Assembly: GCA_963744995.1 (NCBI GenBank)
Contig: CAVUWA010000001.1
Coordinates: 32,001 to 96,000 of the forward strand
DNA from: Candidatus Eiseniibacteriota bacterium
Lineage (GTDB): Bacteria; Eisenbacteria; RBG-16-71-46
Direction: 5' to 3'
DNA length: 64,000 bases
The notes beneath the pieces were generated by a model. The model was not told the origin of the DNA. It did no database searches and saw only the letters and a program-made list of their open reading frames with translations. Of this stretch, positions 20,465 through 30,251 are shown one piece after another (positions within the stretch are counted from its first letter, which is position 1; each line of letters starts with the position of its first letter). The position numbers were made by a program, and so were the translations under genes.

Positions 20465-20494
20465 ACTATAACGAGGGGCACGGAACAGCGTCAA
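20465..20494 (-). promoter_or_regulatory. Sigma70 promoter of tRNA-Gly (possibly tRNA-folE-oxidoreductase)
   Basis: TTGACG-N18-TATAGT. Confidence 0.75.
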
Positions 20495-20570
20495 GCGGGG
20501 CAGCGGAAGTGCAGCTCGGGGCCGGGACCCGCCTTCGCCATGCTCGCGCGCGCCTGTACACTGCCGCGCC

Positions 20571-21773
20571 ATGGCGCTCCGGGTGCAGAAATTCGGCGGC
20601 ACGTCGGTCGAGAGCGCGGCGCGCATCGTCGAGGTCGCGCGCCGCGTCGCGGCGGCGAAGCAGGCGGGCGACGACCTGGTGGTCGTCGTCTCGGCGATGG
20701 GCCAGCAGACCGACGAGCTGATGCGCCTCGCGCGCGAGGTGTCGAAGCGCCCGAGCCGCCGCGAGCTGGACATGCTCGTCACCAGCGGCGAACGGGTCTC
20801 GATGGCGCTGCTGGCGATGGCCCTCGGCGAGCTCGACATCGAAGCGATCTCGTTCACCGGCTCGCAGAGCGGGATTCTCACCGACGGCACCCACAACGCC
20901 GCCCGCATCCGTGACGTGCGTCCCGATCGGATCCGCGTGGAGCTCGAAAAGAAGAAAGTGGTGATCGTGGCCGGCTTCCAGGGCGTGAATCCGGAAACGA
21001 AGGAGATCACCACGCTCGGGCGCGGCGGCTCCGACACCACCGCCGTGGCGCTCGCCGCCGTGCTCGGCGCCAGCCGCTGCGAGGTCTACAAGGACGTCCC
21101 CGGCGTGATGACCGCCGACCCGCGGATCGTCCCTGCCGCGCGCAGCATCCCGCGCCTCGCCTACCGCCTGTGCTCGGCGCTCGCCCATCTGGGCGGCCAG
21201 ATCCTCCACGCGCGCTGCGTGGACCTCGCCGCCACCCGTCGCGTCACGCTGATCGTCGGTTCGTCGTTCAGCGACGATCCCGGCACCCTGATCGAGGAGA
21301 TCCCCATGGAAAGCGGCAAGGTGGAAGCCATCGCACAGCAGCCGCACCGCTCGGTCGCGATCGCCGAAGGCAACTCCGGCGCGCGCGGCGAGGCGCGCGG
21401 CATCATCGAGGCCGTGACGGCCGAGCATCCCACGCTCGAGCTGCTCGCCCATGAGCAGGAAGGCGGCGTGCACGACGCGCTGGTGTGGACCGGTCCGCGC
21501 GACGCGATCGAGGAGCTGGTCGCCGGATTCCGCGCGCTGCGCGGCCCGGGCGGCGAATGGCGGATCTCCGCACAGCACGATTCGTCGTTCGTGTCGGCGG
21601 TCGGCATCGGCCTCGGCCCCGCCGAGGTCGTGAAGGCCGAAGCTGCGCTCGAGCGCGCGAGCGTGACGCTCATCGCGATGCGGGTCGCGCCGACCGCACT
21701 GATCTTCAGGGTGCCGGGAGATCAGGGGGATGCCGCGGCGCGGGCGCTGCACGGGGCGTTTCTGGAGGGCTGA
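20571..21773 (+). CDS. lysC: Aspartate kinase, with probable internal beta-subunit start at 21306
   Basis: [40 protein letters not shown] -10 element 8 nt before the ATG. Confidence 0.92.
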   Translation: MALRVQKFGGTSVESAARIVEVARRVAAAKQAGDDLVVVVSAMGQQTDELMRLAREVSKRPSRRELDMLVTSGERVSMALLAMALGELDIEAISFTGSQSGILTDGTHNAARIRDVRPDRIRVELEKKKVVIVAGFQGVNPETKEITTLGRGGSDTTAVALAAVLGASRCEVYKDVPGVMTADPRIVPAARSIPRLAYRLCSALAHLGGQILHARCVDLAATRRVTLIVGSSFSDDPGTLIEEIPMESGKVEAIAQQPHRSVAIAEGNSGARGEARGIIEAVTAEHPTLELLAHEQEGGVHDALVWTGPRDAIEELVAGFRALRGPGGEWRISAQHDSSFVSAVGIGLGPAEVVKAEAALERASVTLIAMRVAPTALIFRVPGDQGDAAARALHGAFLEG

Positions 21774-21991
21774 CTCGCACCGCCGTGCGCCTCGCGTGCA
21801 GGCGCCGCGTCCATCCGCACTCCGCCGGCCCGCAGCGGCGGCCGCAGGCGCGCGCTCCCGCCCGGGCCCCGCGGGATCAGCGGACCAGCTCGATGCACGT
21901 GCCGAACAGCCGTCGACCGAAACGTGGAGGATGGCGCGCCGCCGCGCGCGGGAACGCCCGCCGCGCCTCGGCCAGGCACGGCACCGCCCCC

Positions 21992-23533
21992 CTACCCCTC
22001 CGCCCGCACGCTCTCCATGGTCGGCACGAAGCCGCCGGCGATCCTCGCGCGCGCGTCGCGGTAGAGCGCGTCGTAGCGCTCGGCGCTCCTGGCCCACGAG
22101 AAGTCGCGGGCCATGCCGTTCTTCTGGAGCCGCTCCCACAGAGCCGGCTGGTGGTGGATCGAGATCGCCCGCCGCACCGCGGCGACCATCTCCTCGGCGT
22201 CGTATTCGTCGAAGCGGAAGCCGGTGCCGGTGCCCTTCATGGGATCGAACTCTTCGACCGTGTCCGCGAGCCCGCCCACGGCCCGCACCACCGGAGCCGT
22301 GCCGTAGCGCTGGCTGTACATCTGATTGAGACCGCACGGCTCGTAGCGCGACGGCATGAGGAACATGTCGGCGCCCGCGCCGATCAGGTGCGCGAAACGT
22401 TCGTCAAATGCGTTGCGGTAGTAGACGCGTCCGGGGTTCGCCTCGGCGAGACGGTGCAGGAACATCTCGTAGCGCGGCTCGCCCGACCCCTGCACGACGA
22501 GCCGCGCCGGCAGCTCCAGTCCCTGCTGCGCGGCCTGCTCCATCAGGTCCAGGCCCTTCTGCTCGGCGAGCCGCGTCACCATGCCGACGACCGGGGTCTC
22601 GTCGTTCGCGTCCCAGCCGGCCTCTTCGACCAGCGCGGCACGACACTCGCGCTTGCCGGCGAGATCGCCGGCGTCGTAGTGCGCCGGCAGGTATGGGTCG
22701 GTCGCGGGATTCCAGACGTCCACGTCGATGCCGTTCAGGATCCCCTGCAGGTCGCGGCCCCGCCGCCTCAGCACGCCCTCGAGCCCGGCGCCGAACTCGG
22801 GGCTCGACTGGATCTCCTTCGCGTAGCGCGGGCTGACGGTGGTGAGCACGTCGGCGAAGACGAGCCCGACCTTCATGAAGTTCACGCGGCCCCAGTACTC
22901 GAACGGGCTCGCCGGGTAGAACAGCTCGCGGCTGAAGCCGGCGAGCCCCAGGACGAATGCGTCGGCGATGCCCTGGTAGCCCATGTTGTGCAGGGTGAAC
23001 ACGGTCGCGGCGCCCTGGAACGCGCGCTCGTGTGCGTCGTGCGTGCGCAGGAAGCAGGGCACCCAGGCCGCCTGATGGTCGTGCGCGTGCAGCACGTCCA
23101 CCCGGAAGCCGAGGCGCTTGAGGCCCTCCAGCGCCGCGCGACAGAAGAACAGGAAGCGCTCGGCGTTGTCCGGGTAGCCGTGACCGAGATTGGGATCGTC
23201 GTAGACGCCGGGCCGGTCGAAGAAGCGGCGCGCGCCTTCGTGGCGCACCAGCAGCACGCGCGGGCCCTCGCCGGCGGGCTCGATCAGCTCGAACGACGCG
23301 GGCTCGTGCCCGACCCCCCACGGGACCCGGGCCGCTTCCAGGCCGCGCACGCGCGCGCCTTCGGGCAGTTCGAGGTCGCGGTAGCCGGGCAGGACCACCG
23401 TGACCTCGTCGCCGCGCCGCGCCTGCTCGGCGGCGAGCGCGGCAACCATGTCGGCGAGCCCGCCGACCTTCGCCAGCGGGGCGAATTCGCTCGAAACGTG
23501 AACCACGTGCTGCGGGCGTCCGTTCTCAGTCAT
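21992..23533 (-). CDS. glgA: Glycogen synthase (GT5)
   Basis: KVGGLAD, HAHDHQ, TLHNMGYQG, GILNGID, PSRYEPCGLNQMY. Confidence 0.95.
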   Translation of the reverse strand: MTENGRPQHVVHVSSEFAPLAKVGGLADMVAALAAEQARRGDEVTVVLPGYRDLELPEGARVRGLEAARVPWGVGHEPASFELIEPAGEGPRVLLVRHEGARRFFDRPGVYDDPNLGHGYPDNAERFLFFCRAALEGLKRLGFRVDVLHAHDHQAAWVPCFLRTHDAHERAFQGAATVFTLHNMGYQGIADAFVLGLAGFSRELFYPASPFEYWGRVNFMKVGLVFADVLTTVSPRYAKEIQSSPEFGAGLEGVLRRRGRDLQGILNGIDVDVWNPATDPYLPAHYDAGDLAGKRECRAALVEEAGWDANDETPVVGMVTRLAEQKGLDLMEQAAQQGLELPARLVVQGSGEPRYEMFLHRLAEANPGRVYYRNAFDERFAHLIGAGADMFLMPSRYEPCGLNQMYSQRYGTAPVVRAVGGLADTVEEFDPMKGTGTGFRFDEYDAEEMVAAVRRAISIHHQPALWERLQKNGMARDFSWARSAERYDALYRDARARIAGGFVPTMESVRAEG

Positions 23534-24539
23534 CGACCGTGACTTCCCGGAGGTACCTGGCGGCATCCTCCGGCGGCGTCGGGTTGATGTAGAACCCCGA
23601 GCCGATTTCGAAGCCCGCGACCCGCGTCACCTTGGGGGCGATCTCGAGATGCCAGTGGTAGTAGTCCGACGCGCCGTCGCCGACGGGCGCGGTATGCAGG
23701 ACGAAGTTGTAGGGCGGCCTCGACAGCGCGAGATTCAGACGCTGCAGGGTATCCTTCAGCACGCTGGCCAGTTCGAGCATCGGAGTGCCCTCACCGAGCG
23801 TGTGGAAGTTGGCCGCGTGTTTGCGCGGCAGGATCCACGTCTCGAACGGGAAGCGCGGGGCGAACGGCTCGATCGCGAGAAACCGCTCCGTCTTCAGCAC
23901 GACGCGGCTCATTTCCGGGGCGGCCAGCTCCTGCTGCACGATGTCGCAGAACACGCAGCGCTCCTTGAGCTCGAAGTAGCGCCGCGCGCCGGTCAGTTCC
24001 TCATCGATGTTCCTGGGGATGATCGGCATGGCGATCAGCTGGCTGTGCGGGTGTTCCAGCGTGGCCCCGGCACGCTCGCCGTAGTTCTTGAAGATCAGGA
24101 CGTAGCGCAGACGCGGGTCGCGATTCAGATCGACCAGCCTGTGGCGGAAGGCGTCGAGCACCCTGGCGATGTGATCCGCAGGCAGGTCGGGCAGGTCGAG
24201 CGTATGCGAGGGGCTCTCGATGAAGACCTCGTGCGCACCCACGCCGTTCATGAGGTCGTACAGGCCCTCGCCGCGACGCTCGAGATCACCCTCGATCTGC
24301 AGTGCCGGGAACTTGTTGGGCACGACGCGCACGTCCCATGCGGCGGACCCCGGCTCGGTGCCGTCCGGGCGCGCCACGTAGACCTCGGGTGGGGTCTTGT
24401 CCTCATGGCCCGGGCAGAACGGGCAGAACGCCGCTGGCTGCTGTGTCGAGACAGGCGCGAAGTTGGTCGGACGGCGACTGCGCTCGGTGGCGATGATCAC
24501 CCAGCGCCCGACGACCGGATCCTTCCGGAGCTGCGGCAA
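23526..24539 (-). CDS. galT: GalT-family nucleotidyltransferase (galactose-1-phosphate uridylyltransferase-like)
   Basis: LRKDP..GRWVIIA, CPFCPG, NKFPAL, GAHEV, EHPHSQ, HWHLEI; TTG start with GAGGAGG RBS. Confidence 0.92.
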   Translation of the reverse strand: MPQLRKDPVVGRWVIIATERSRRPTNFAPVSTQQPAAFCPFCPGHEDKTPPEVYVARPDGTEPGSAAWDVRVVPNKFPALQIEGDLERRGEGLYDLMNGVGAHEVFIESPSHTLDLPDLPADHIARVLDAFRHRLVDLNRDPRLRYVLIFKNYGERAGATLEHPHSQLIAMPIIPRNIDEELTGARRYFELKERCVFCDIVQQELAAPEMSRVVLKTERFLAIEPFAPRFPFETWILPRKHAANFHTLGEGTPMLELASVLKDTLQRLNLALSRPPYNFVLHTAPVGDGASDYYHWHLEIAPKVTRVAGFEIGSGFYINPTPPEDAARYLREVTVDD

Positions 24540-24608
24540 CGGGCCTCCTCGGCAAGGGAACGCAAAACGAAGCCCGGCCGTGACCGACCGGGGCAACGAG
24601 CGGCGGGA

Positions 24609-24637
24609 AGTCTAGGAACCCCCCGGGATTCGGTCAA
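24609..24637 (-). promoter_or_regulatory. Sigma70 promoter of galT-glgA
   Basis: TTGACC-N17-TAGACT. Confidence 0.7.
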
Positions 24638-24777
24638 GACGGCCCGGCCGGCGACATCCCCCGTGCGCCCCGCGGCACCGGAGCGCGCACCGAGAACGGC
24701 TTCTCCGGAAAGGGGTTGGTCCCGCCGCGTCCCGCCGGAGGGGCCGCGGGGCCCGGGCCCGGCGGGCGGGCGGGGCG

Positions 24778-26019
24778 TCAGGGGCGCTCGTGGGCGAGCC
24801 GGGAGCGGGCGGGCGACGACACCTCGAACAGCGCTCGAAGCGCCTCGCGTTCGGGCGCCTCCAGCGTCACGCCGCGCCGCGACATCGCCATCGCCGCCGT
24901 GGCGAGGAAGGCGTCGAGCCGGTGCTCGCCGAGCGTCTCGCCGTCCCACCACGCGAAAGCCGGCACGTGCTTCGGCGCGAAGCGGCCGCCGCCGAACAGG
25001 TTGGATCCCGTGCCGATCCACGCACCGGTCGCGAGCAGGCTGCCGATCCCGGTCTTCACGTGGGCGCCGATCAGCGCGCCCAGCTTGCGCACGCCGGTCG
25101 CGATCTCGGCCTCCGCGCTGCGCACACGCACGATGCCGTAGTTGTTCTTGAGATCGCTGGTGGTGGTGAGCGCACCGAGGTTCACCCACTCGCCAATCAC
25201 CGAGTGCCCGACGAAGCCGTGGTGCCGCTTGTTGGAGCGGCCCTGCCAGACGCAGTCCTCGACTTCGCCGGCGATGCGGCAGTCGGGGCCGATCGTCGAA
25301 CGGCCGACGAGCCCGCCGAGCAGCTGCGTGTTCGCACCGATCACGCACGGCCCCCTGACCCACGTGTGCGGCTGCACGATCGCACCGGTCTCGATGCGCA
25401 CCGGGCCTTCGCGCGCGTCGACCAGCGCCAGCGCATCCACACGCGCGCCGGCCGCGATCGAGACACGCTGCGGCGCTTCGATCACCGCACGTGGATGCAC
25501 CTCGCCCTCGATCGTTCCGGCCGCCGCTTCGAGATCGCCGGCCAGCGCCTCCGGGTTCCATTCGACGATCCGCCACGGCCGTTCGATCACGCGTGCGCCA
25601 ATTTCGATCTCGGGCAGGCCGAGCCCGCGCAGAAAGGCCTCGTAGTCCGCGCCGCAGCCCCGGCCTGCGGCCAGCGTCGCCGCCGGTGCCAGCGCACCTG
25701 CGACCCGCCCGCCGGTGACGAACAGAGCGTCCGCCTGCGAGGCCAGCATCGACTCGTCGGGCAGCACCGCGGCGTTCGCGGCCAGCACCTTCCCCGCCCC
25801 CGGCGCCGTGACCGCGGGACGGTCGCGCCACGCCGCGAGCGCGTTCGCGCGCACCTCGATGCCGGCGAGCGGCGCGCCGCTCGCGCGTACCCAGCGCGCA
25901 CCGAGGGTCGAGTCGCCGAACGCCAGCGCCGGCACCGGCAGCAGGTCGGTGAGCGGTGCGAGCTCGGCGGCGCGGCCGTCCTCGAACAGCACCAGCCCCG
26001 CGGGTGCGGAGCGCGTCAC
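24778..26019 (-). CDS. GlmU-like putative sugar nucleotidyltransferase with hexapeptide repeats
   Basis: LFEDG..LAPLT; NKRHHGFVGHSVIGEWVNLGALTTTSDLKNNY. Confidence 0.85.
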   Translation of the reverse strand: MTRSAPAGLVLFEDGRAAELAPLTDLLPVPALAFGDSTLGARWVRASGAPLAGIEVRANALAAWRDRPAVTAPGAGKVLAANAAVLPDESMLASQADALFVTGGRVAGALAPAATLAAGRGCGADYEAFLRGLGLPEIEIGARVIERPWRIVEWNPEALAGDLEAAAGTIEGEVHPRAVIEAPQRVSIAAGARVDALALVDAREGPVRIETGAIVQPHTWVRGPCVIGANTQLLGGLVGRSTIGPDCRIAGEVEDCVWQGRSNKRHHGFVGHSVIGEWVNLGALTTTSDLKNNYGIVRVRSAEAEIATGVRKLGALIGAHVKTGIGSLLATGAWIGTGSNLFGGGRFAPKHVPAFAWWDGETLGEHRLDAFLATAAMAMSRRGVTLEAPEREALRALFEVSSPARSRLAHERP

Positions 26020-27011
26020 GGCTTTCTCACGAAGCGGAAGGCGCCCTTGAATCCGGTTTCCTCGGCACGTCCCCTGAGGCGCGTCGCGGTGGCGCCGTTC
26101 AGACAATCACGGGTCCGCACCTTGAAGAGACCCTGCTCCTTCTCGACGACCATCGGCACGAGCAGCAGCGATGCGGCCGCCGCGCGCAACTGCTCCGCGC
26201 GGTCGGCCTCTTCGGGCGCGGCGACCTGCACGCGCCAGCACGTGTCGGGCGCCGCCGCGGCCGCGGAATCCGCGCCGCCTGCGGTCGTCGCTCCCGGTGC
26301 AGCAGCGGGTGCCCTGCTGCCCGCCGGAGCCGTGCCGGCCGCGGGCGCGGCGGGGGCCGGGCCACCGGCATGCGCCGCGGAATCGGCAACGGCGTGCACG
26401 ACGCTGTCCGGGAGCGTGGGAATCGCCGATGGCCGGCGTTGCCCGAGCGGCAGGGTCGGCTCCGGAACCGGCACCGCACCCGTGCCCGCGGCCACGCTGT
26501 CAGCCGTCACGGCCGCGGCGCCGGCGGCGGCCAGCGAGTCGCGCATGCCGGCGCCCGGCGTGGCGTCACGGGCCGGGTAGCGTTGCTGGACTTCTGCGGG
26601 CGGCGCCACTCGCTCGCCCGCGGCGAGCGGTTCGGGAATCGTGGCGAGCACGTCGCGCGCCTCGGGCGACGGCCCGCTGTCGACCACCGCCGGAGCCGGA
26701 TGCCGCGCGACGATGTGGCCGCCCGACGCCGTGCTGCCGACCACCTGGCCCGGCTCGGGCACCGGAACGGGCGCCGGCACCGGCACGTCGTCGGCGCCGG
26801 CGTTGGCGGGATTCACGGCCTCGGGCGCGAGCGCCCGGCGGGCGGTGTCCGCCGCCGCAGTGCGCGCCGCCTCCTGAGCGGCGCGGGTCGGAACGAGGCC
26901 TCCGCCGTCGCCGCTGCCGACGGTGGCGCAACCACCCAGGGCGAGCGCCGCGAGCGCCAGCCACGCGAAGCGGCCCGCCCGCACGGGGCCGCCGCTCGAC
27001 GATGCGTTCAT
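26016..27011 (-). CDS. SPOR-domain lipoprotein with Pro/Ala-rich linker
   Basis: Lipobox LGGC; C-terminal WRVQVAA...FKVR...GFKGAF. Confidence 0.75.
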   Translation of the reverse strand: MNASSSGGPVRAGRFAWLALAALALGGCATVGSGDGGGLVPTRAAQEAARTAAADTARRALAPEAVNPANAGADDVPVPAPVPVPEPGQVVGSTASGGHIVARHPAPAVVDSGPSPEARDVLATIPEPLAAGERVAPPAEVQQRYPARDATPGAGMRDSLAAAGAAAVTADSVAAGTGAVPVPEPTLPLGQRRPSAIPTLPDSVVHAVADSAAHAGGPAPAAPAAGTAPAGSRAPAAAPGATTAGGADSAAAAAPDTCWRVQVAAPEEADRAEQLRAAAASLLLVPMVVEKEQGLFKVRTRDCLNGATATRLRGRAEETGFKGAFRFVRKP

Positions 27012-28063
27012 GATCGATTCCTTTCCTTCACGGCGTCGCTGATGCGGCGCACGTCCTGTGAGGCCGCCACCGGGCAGGTGAGCGTGGCGCCGTTCATGTG
27101 CACGACGATCATCCCGGAGAGTCCGAGCGCCGCGGCCGTGCCGCCCTCGCCGACGACGATACAGTCGTCGCAGTCGATGGCGAGCGTGTCGCCGACGCAG
27201 ACGTTGCCGCGCGCGTCACGGTCGCGGGTGCGGGCCCAGGCCGTCCAGGAGCCGAGGTCGTCCCAGTCGAACGTGGCCTCGAGCACCAGCGCGTTCGGCG
27301 CCGTCTCGAGCACCGCGTAGTCCACGGAGATCTTCTCGAGATCCGGAAAGACGCCTTCGAGCGCGCGCGCAAAGCCCGCATCGCCGCCTTCCCAGGCGAG
27401 GCGCTTCAGTGCCCGCCCGAGCGCCGGGCGCCCGGCTTCGAGCGCGTCCAGGAAGGTGCGTGCGCGCCAGACGAACATGCCGGTGTTCCACACGTAGTCG
27501 CCGGCTGCGACCCAGGCCCGGGCGCGCTCGGCGTCCGGCTTCTCGGTGAACGCGGCGACGCGGAAGAGCTGCGCGCCGAGGCCCGCGCCGCGGCGGATGT
27601 AGCCGAAGTTGGTCTCGGGCACGGAGGGACGGATGCCGAACGTGAGCAGCACCGGCTCGCGCTCGGCGACGCTGAACGCGCGTTCGAAGTCGCGGGCGAA
27701 CGCGTCGACGTCCTCGATCAGATGATCGGAAGGCAGCACCGCGAACGCCGGGTCGCCGTCCCCGGCAGCGAACAGGGCCGCCGCCGCACCGATCGCCGGC
27801 GCCGTATTGCGCCCGACCGGCTCGCCGATCACGCGCACCCCGGCCGGGCACTCGCGTCCGACCGCATCCACGAGATCCGCCGCGGTGAGCACCACGATCC
27901 GCTCCGCAGCCGCGATGCGGCACGCGCGCTCGAGCGTCGCGGCGAGCAGCGTCCGTCCGTCGCGAGCGAGCGGCAGCAGCTGCTTGGGACGGTCCGGTCG
28001 GCTCCAGGGCCAGAACCGCTCGCCGCGGCCGCCGGCGAGCACCAGCACGTAACGATCGGGCAT
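27008..28063 (-). CDS. manC: Mannose-1-phosphate guanylyltransferase (no cupin domain)
   Basis: LAGGRGERFWP.SR..PKQ, EPVGRNTAP, FTEKP, ISVDYAVLE, WDDLGSW. Confidence 0.93.
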   Translation of the reverse strand: MPDRYVLVLAGGRGERFWPWSRPDRPKQLLPLARDGRTLLAATLERACRIAAAERIVVLTAADLVDAVGRECPAGVRVIGEPVGRNTAPAIGAAAALFAAGDGDPAFAVLPSDHLIEDVDAFARDFERAFSVAEREPVLLTFGIRPSVPETNFGYIRRGAGLGAQLFRVAAFTEKPDAERARAWVAAGDYVWNTGMFVWRARTFLDALEAGRPALGRALKRLAWEGGDAGFARALEGVFPDLEKISVDYAVLETAPNALVLEATFDWDDLGSWTAWARTRDRDARGNVCVGDTLAIDCDDCIVVGEGGTAAALGLSGMIVVHMNGATLTCPVAASQDVRRISDAVKERNRS

Positions 28064-28137
28064 CGGTGGTGAACGCTCCTGTGAATGGGCGACAGCACTA
28101 GCACACGCTCCACCGGCCGACAAGAGCCGGCGGTGGA

Positions 28138-29286
28138 TCAGCCGCGGCCGGTGGCGTCGCGGTAGACGGCCTCGGTGTTCTCGACCACCTTGTCCCACGA
28201 ATAATGGTCGCGCATGTGCTGGCGGGCGAGCGCCTCGAACGACTTCACCCGCGCCGGGTCGTCGAGCAGCATCTGCAGCTTGTCGCGCAGGTCGTTCACG
28301 TCGCGGCTCCTGAAGGGAACCGTACAGCCCTCGGCCACCTCGGTGTTCTCGGGAATGTCCGAGAGCAGCACGCAGCGCCCGTAGGACAGCGCCTCGAGCA
28401 GCGCGATCGACAGACCCTCCATCGTCGAGGGCTGCGCCACCATGTACGCGTTGCTCCACAGCTCCTCGAGCGATTCGCCGAACACGTAGTCGAGCAGCCG
28501 GATCCGGTCGCTCTCGTAGCCGCGCAGCAGCTTCACGTAGTCCTCGGAGAACGACAGCCCGCCCACCAGCGCCAGCTTCATGTCGGTCTTCGCCTGCTGG
28601 AACGCCTCGCACAGGAAGTGAACGCCCTTCTCCGGCACCAGCCGGCCGACGAACAGGACGTACTTCCCGGGCTCGAGGCCGAGCTGCAGGATCTTCCTGG
28701 CCGGGCGCGGCGTCGGCAGTACGGTCCCGTTGGGAATGAAGACCGTCTCGCGGCCCAGCTGTTCCGCGAAGTACTTGCGCAGCGTCTTCGAGACCACGAT
28801 CGTCCGGTTCGGGAAGCGCACCGACGGCCCCTCGCACTTGCGCAGCAGCCACGACGCGGTCTTCCCCCACTTCTCGCGCTGCCAGTCGAGCCCGTGCACC
28901 GTCACCACGGTCTTCGATCCGGTGAGGCGCGGCAGCCCGGCGAACAGCGACGGACCGAGCGCGTGGAAGTGCACGACGTCGAAGCGGCGCAGCATCGCCT
29001 CGGCCGTCGACCAGGCGACGTGGGTCGCGGTGTCCAGGTGTTTGGTGTGCAGGCTCGGACGGCGCAGCAGATGCACGCCGCGGAAGCTCGCGCCGGCCGG
29101 CGTGTAGTAGAGCCGGCAGAACACGCTGACGTCGTGGCCGCGCTGGACAAGACGCCCGGCGATCTCCTCGACGTGCTTCTCGATGCCGCCGTAGGTCGCG
29201 GGCACGCCCTTCTGCCCGATCATCGCGATCCGCAGCGGGCGTCCGCCGGCCGCCGTCGCGCGCCCCGTGTCGTGCACGCCGCTCAT
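28138..29286 (-). CDS. GT4 glycosyltransferase
   Basis: GQKGVPATYGGIE, TVHGLDW, VGRLVPEKG, EGLSIALLEA. Confidence 0.93.
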   Translation of the reverse strand: MSGVHDTGRATAAGGRPLRIAMIGQKGVPATYGGIEKHVEEIAGRLVQRGHDVSVFCRLYYTPAGASFRGVHLLRRPSLHTKHLDTATHVAWSTAEAMLRRFDVVHFHALGPSLFAGLPRLTGSKTVVTVHGLDWQREKWGKTASWLLRKCEGPSVRFPNRTIVVSKTLRKYFAEQLGRETVFIPNGTVLPTPRPARKILQLGLEPGKYVLFVGRLVPEKGVHFLCEAFQQAKTDMKLALVGGLSFSEDYVKLLRGYESDRIRLLDYVFGESLEELWSNAYMVAQPSTMEGLSIALLEALSYGRCVLLSDIPENTEVAEGCTVPFRSRDVNDLRDKLQMLLDDPARVKSFEALARQHMRDHYSWDKVVENTEAVYRDATGRG

Positions 29287-30251
29287 CGCGGGGCCGCCTT
29301 CGCGTGGACGTCGGCGCCGCGCAGCAGGCCGAGGATCATCCCCGCGCCGTTCATGGTCCACGTCAGCACCGAGAGCGCGGCGACCCGCACGCTGCGCTTG
29401 CGGAAGGTCATCGCCGCGAGCCCGGACAGGGCGAGCGTCGCCCAGATCGCCAGCGGCCCCGGCCCCGCGCCCAGGACCGCGGCGCTGAGCGCGGCGAGCC
29501 CGGTCGCCCACGCGGCGAGCGTGGCGATGTAGAGCCCCTGGCGCCTGAGCAAGCGGAAGAAGCCCGGGCGGCCGAAGTAGAGTCTCAGCACCTGCCCCTG
29601 GCCGTAGCAGAGCCCGGTGCGCCAGCGGCGTACCAGCTCGGCCAGGCTCGGCCTGGGCGCGCTCCAGTGACGTCCGGCGCGCATGCCGAGCAGCACGAGC
29701 CGCACGCCGTTCAAATGCAGCCGCATGCCGAGCTCGAAGTCCTCCTCGGACTGCAGGCGCGCGTCATAGCCGCCCGCCGCGACGAGGGCGTGGCGGTCGT
29801 AGAGCGCGACCGCCGTCATGTAGTCCACGTCGCGTTCTTCGTAGCCGGTGCGCAGCAGATCCGCCGCACCCGGACGCTCGCCCCGGGCGTCGACGAACCA
29901 TTCTTCGATGCGTCCCCACACCCCGCCGGGCGCTTCGGCCCCGCGCGCGCGGGCGAGCGCCGCGTTCACCCATGCGGCGTCGATCTCGACGTCGGCGTCG
30001 ACGAACAGGACGTGATCGCCGCCCGCGACCGAAAAGCCGAGCATGCGCGCCCCGCCCGGCGTGAGCGGCGTGGTGAGCGGCGGCACGATGACGCTCCAGC
30101 GCGGCGAAAGCACCGGCGGCGGCGCACCCGGCGACGACAGCACCAGTGCGCCCTTCCAGTCTTCGCCCGCGAGCGCCCGCTCGAGTGCGGCCAGCGTGCG
30201 CGGCAGGTACGTCTCCTGGCGATGACAGGGCACCACGACGCCGAGGCTCAC
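29283..30251 (-). CDS. GT2 glycosyltransferase with C-terminal TM helices
   Basis: VVVPC, FVDADV, GGYD..LQSEEDFELG. Confidence 0.85.
   Translation of the reverse strand: MSLGVVVPCHRQETYLPRTLAALERALAGEDWKGALVLSSPGAPPPVLSPRWSVIVPPLTTPLTPGGARMLGFSVAGGDHVLFVDADVEIDAAWVNAALARARGAEAPGGVWGRIEEWFVDARGERPGAADLLRTGYEERDVDYMTAVALYDRHALVAAGGYDARLQSEEDFELGMRLHLNGVRLVLLGMRAGRHWSAPRPSLAELVRRWRTGLCYGQGQVLRLYFGRPGFFRLLRRQGLYIATLAAWATGLAALSAAVLGAGPGPLAIWATLALSGLAAMTFRKRSVRVAALSVLTWTMNGAGMILGLLRGADVHAKAAPR

Noticed and set aside
21877..21984. 35-codon minus ORF ending FGTCIELVR, faintly like a VOC-family C-terminus
   Set aside because: Too short and the similarity too weak to support
26200..26900. Repetitive-looking DNA in the SPOR gene
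   Set aside because: Explained by a low-complexity Pro/Ala linker; no regular repeat unit
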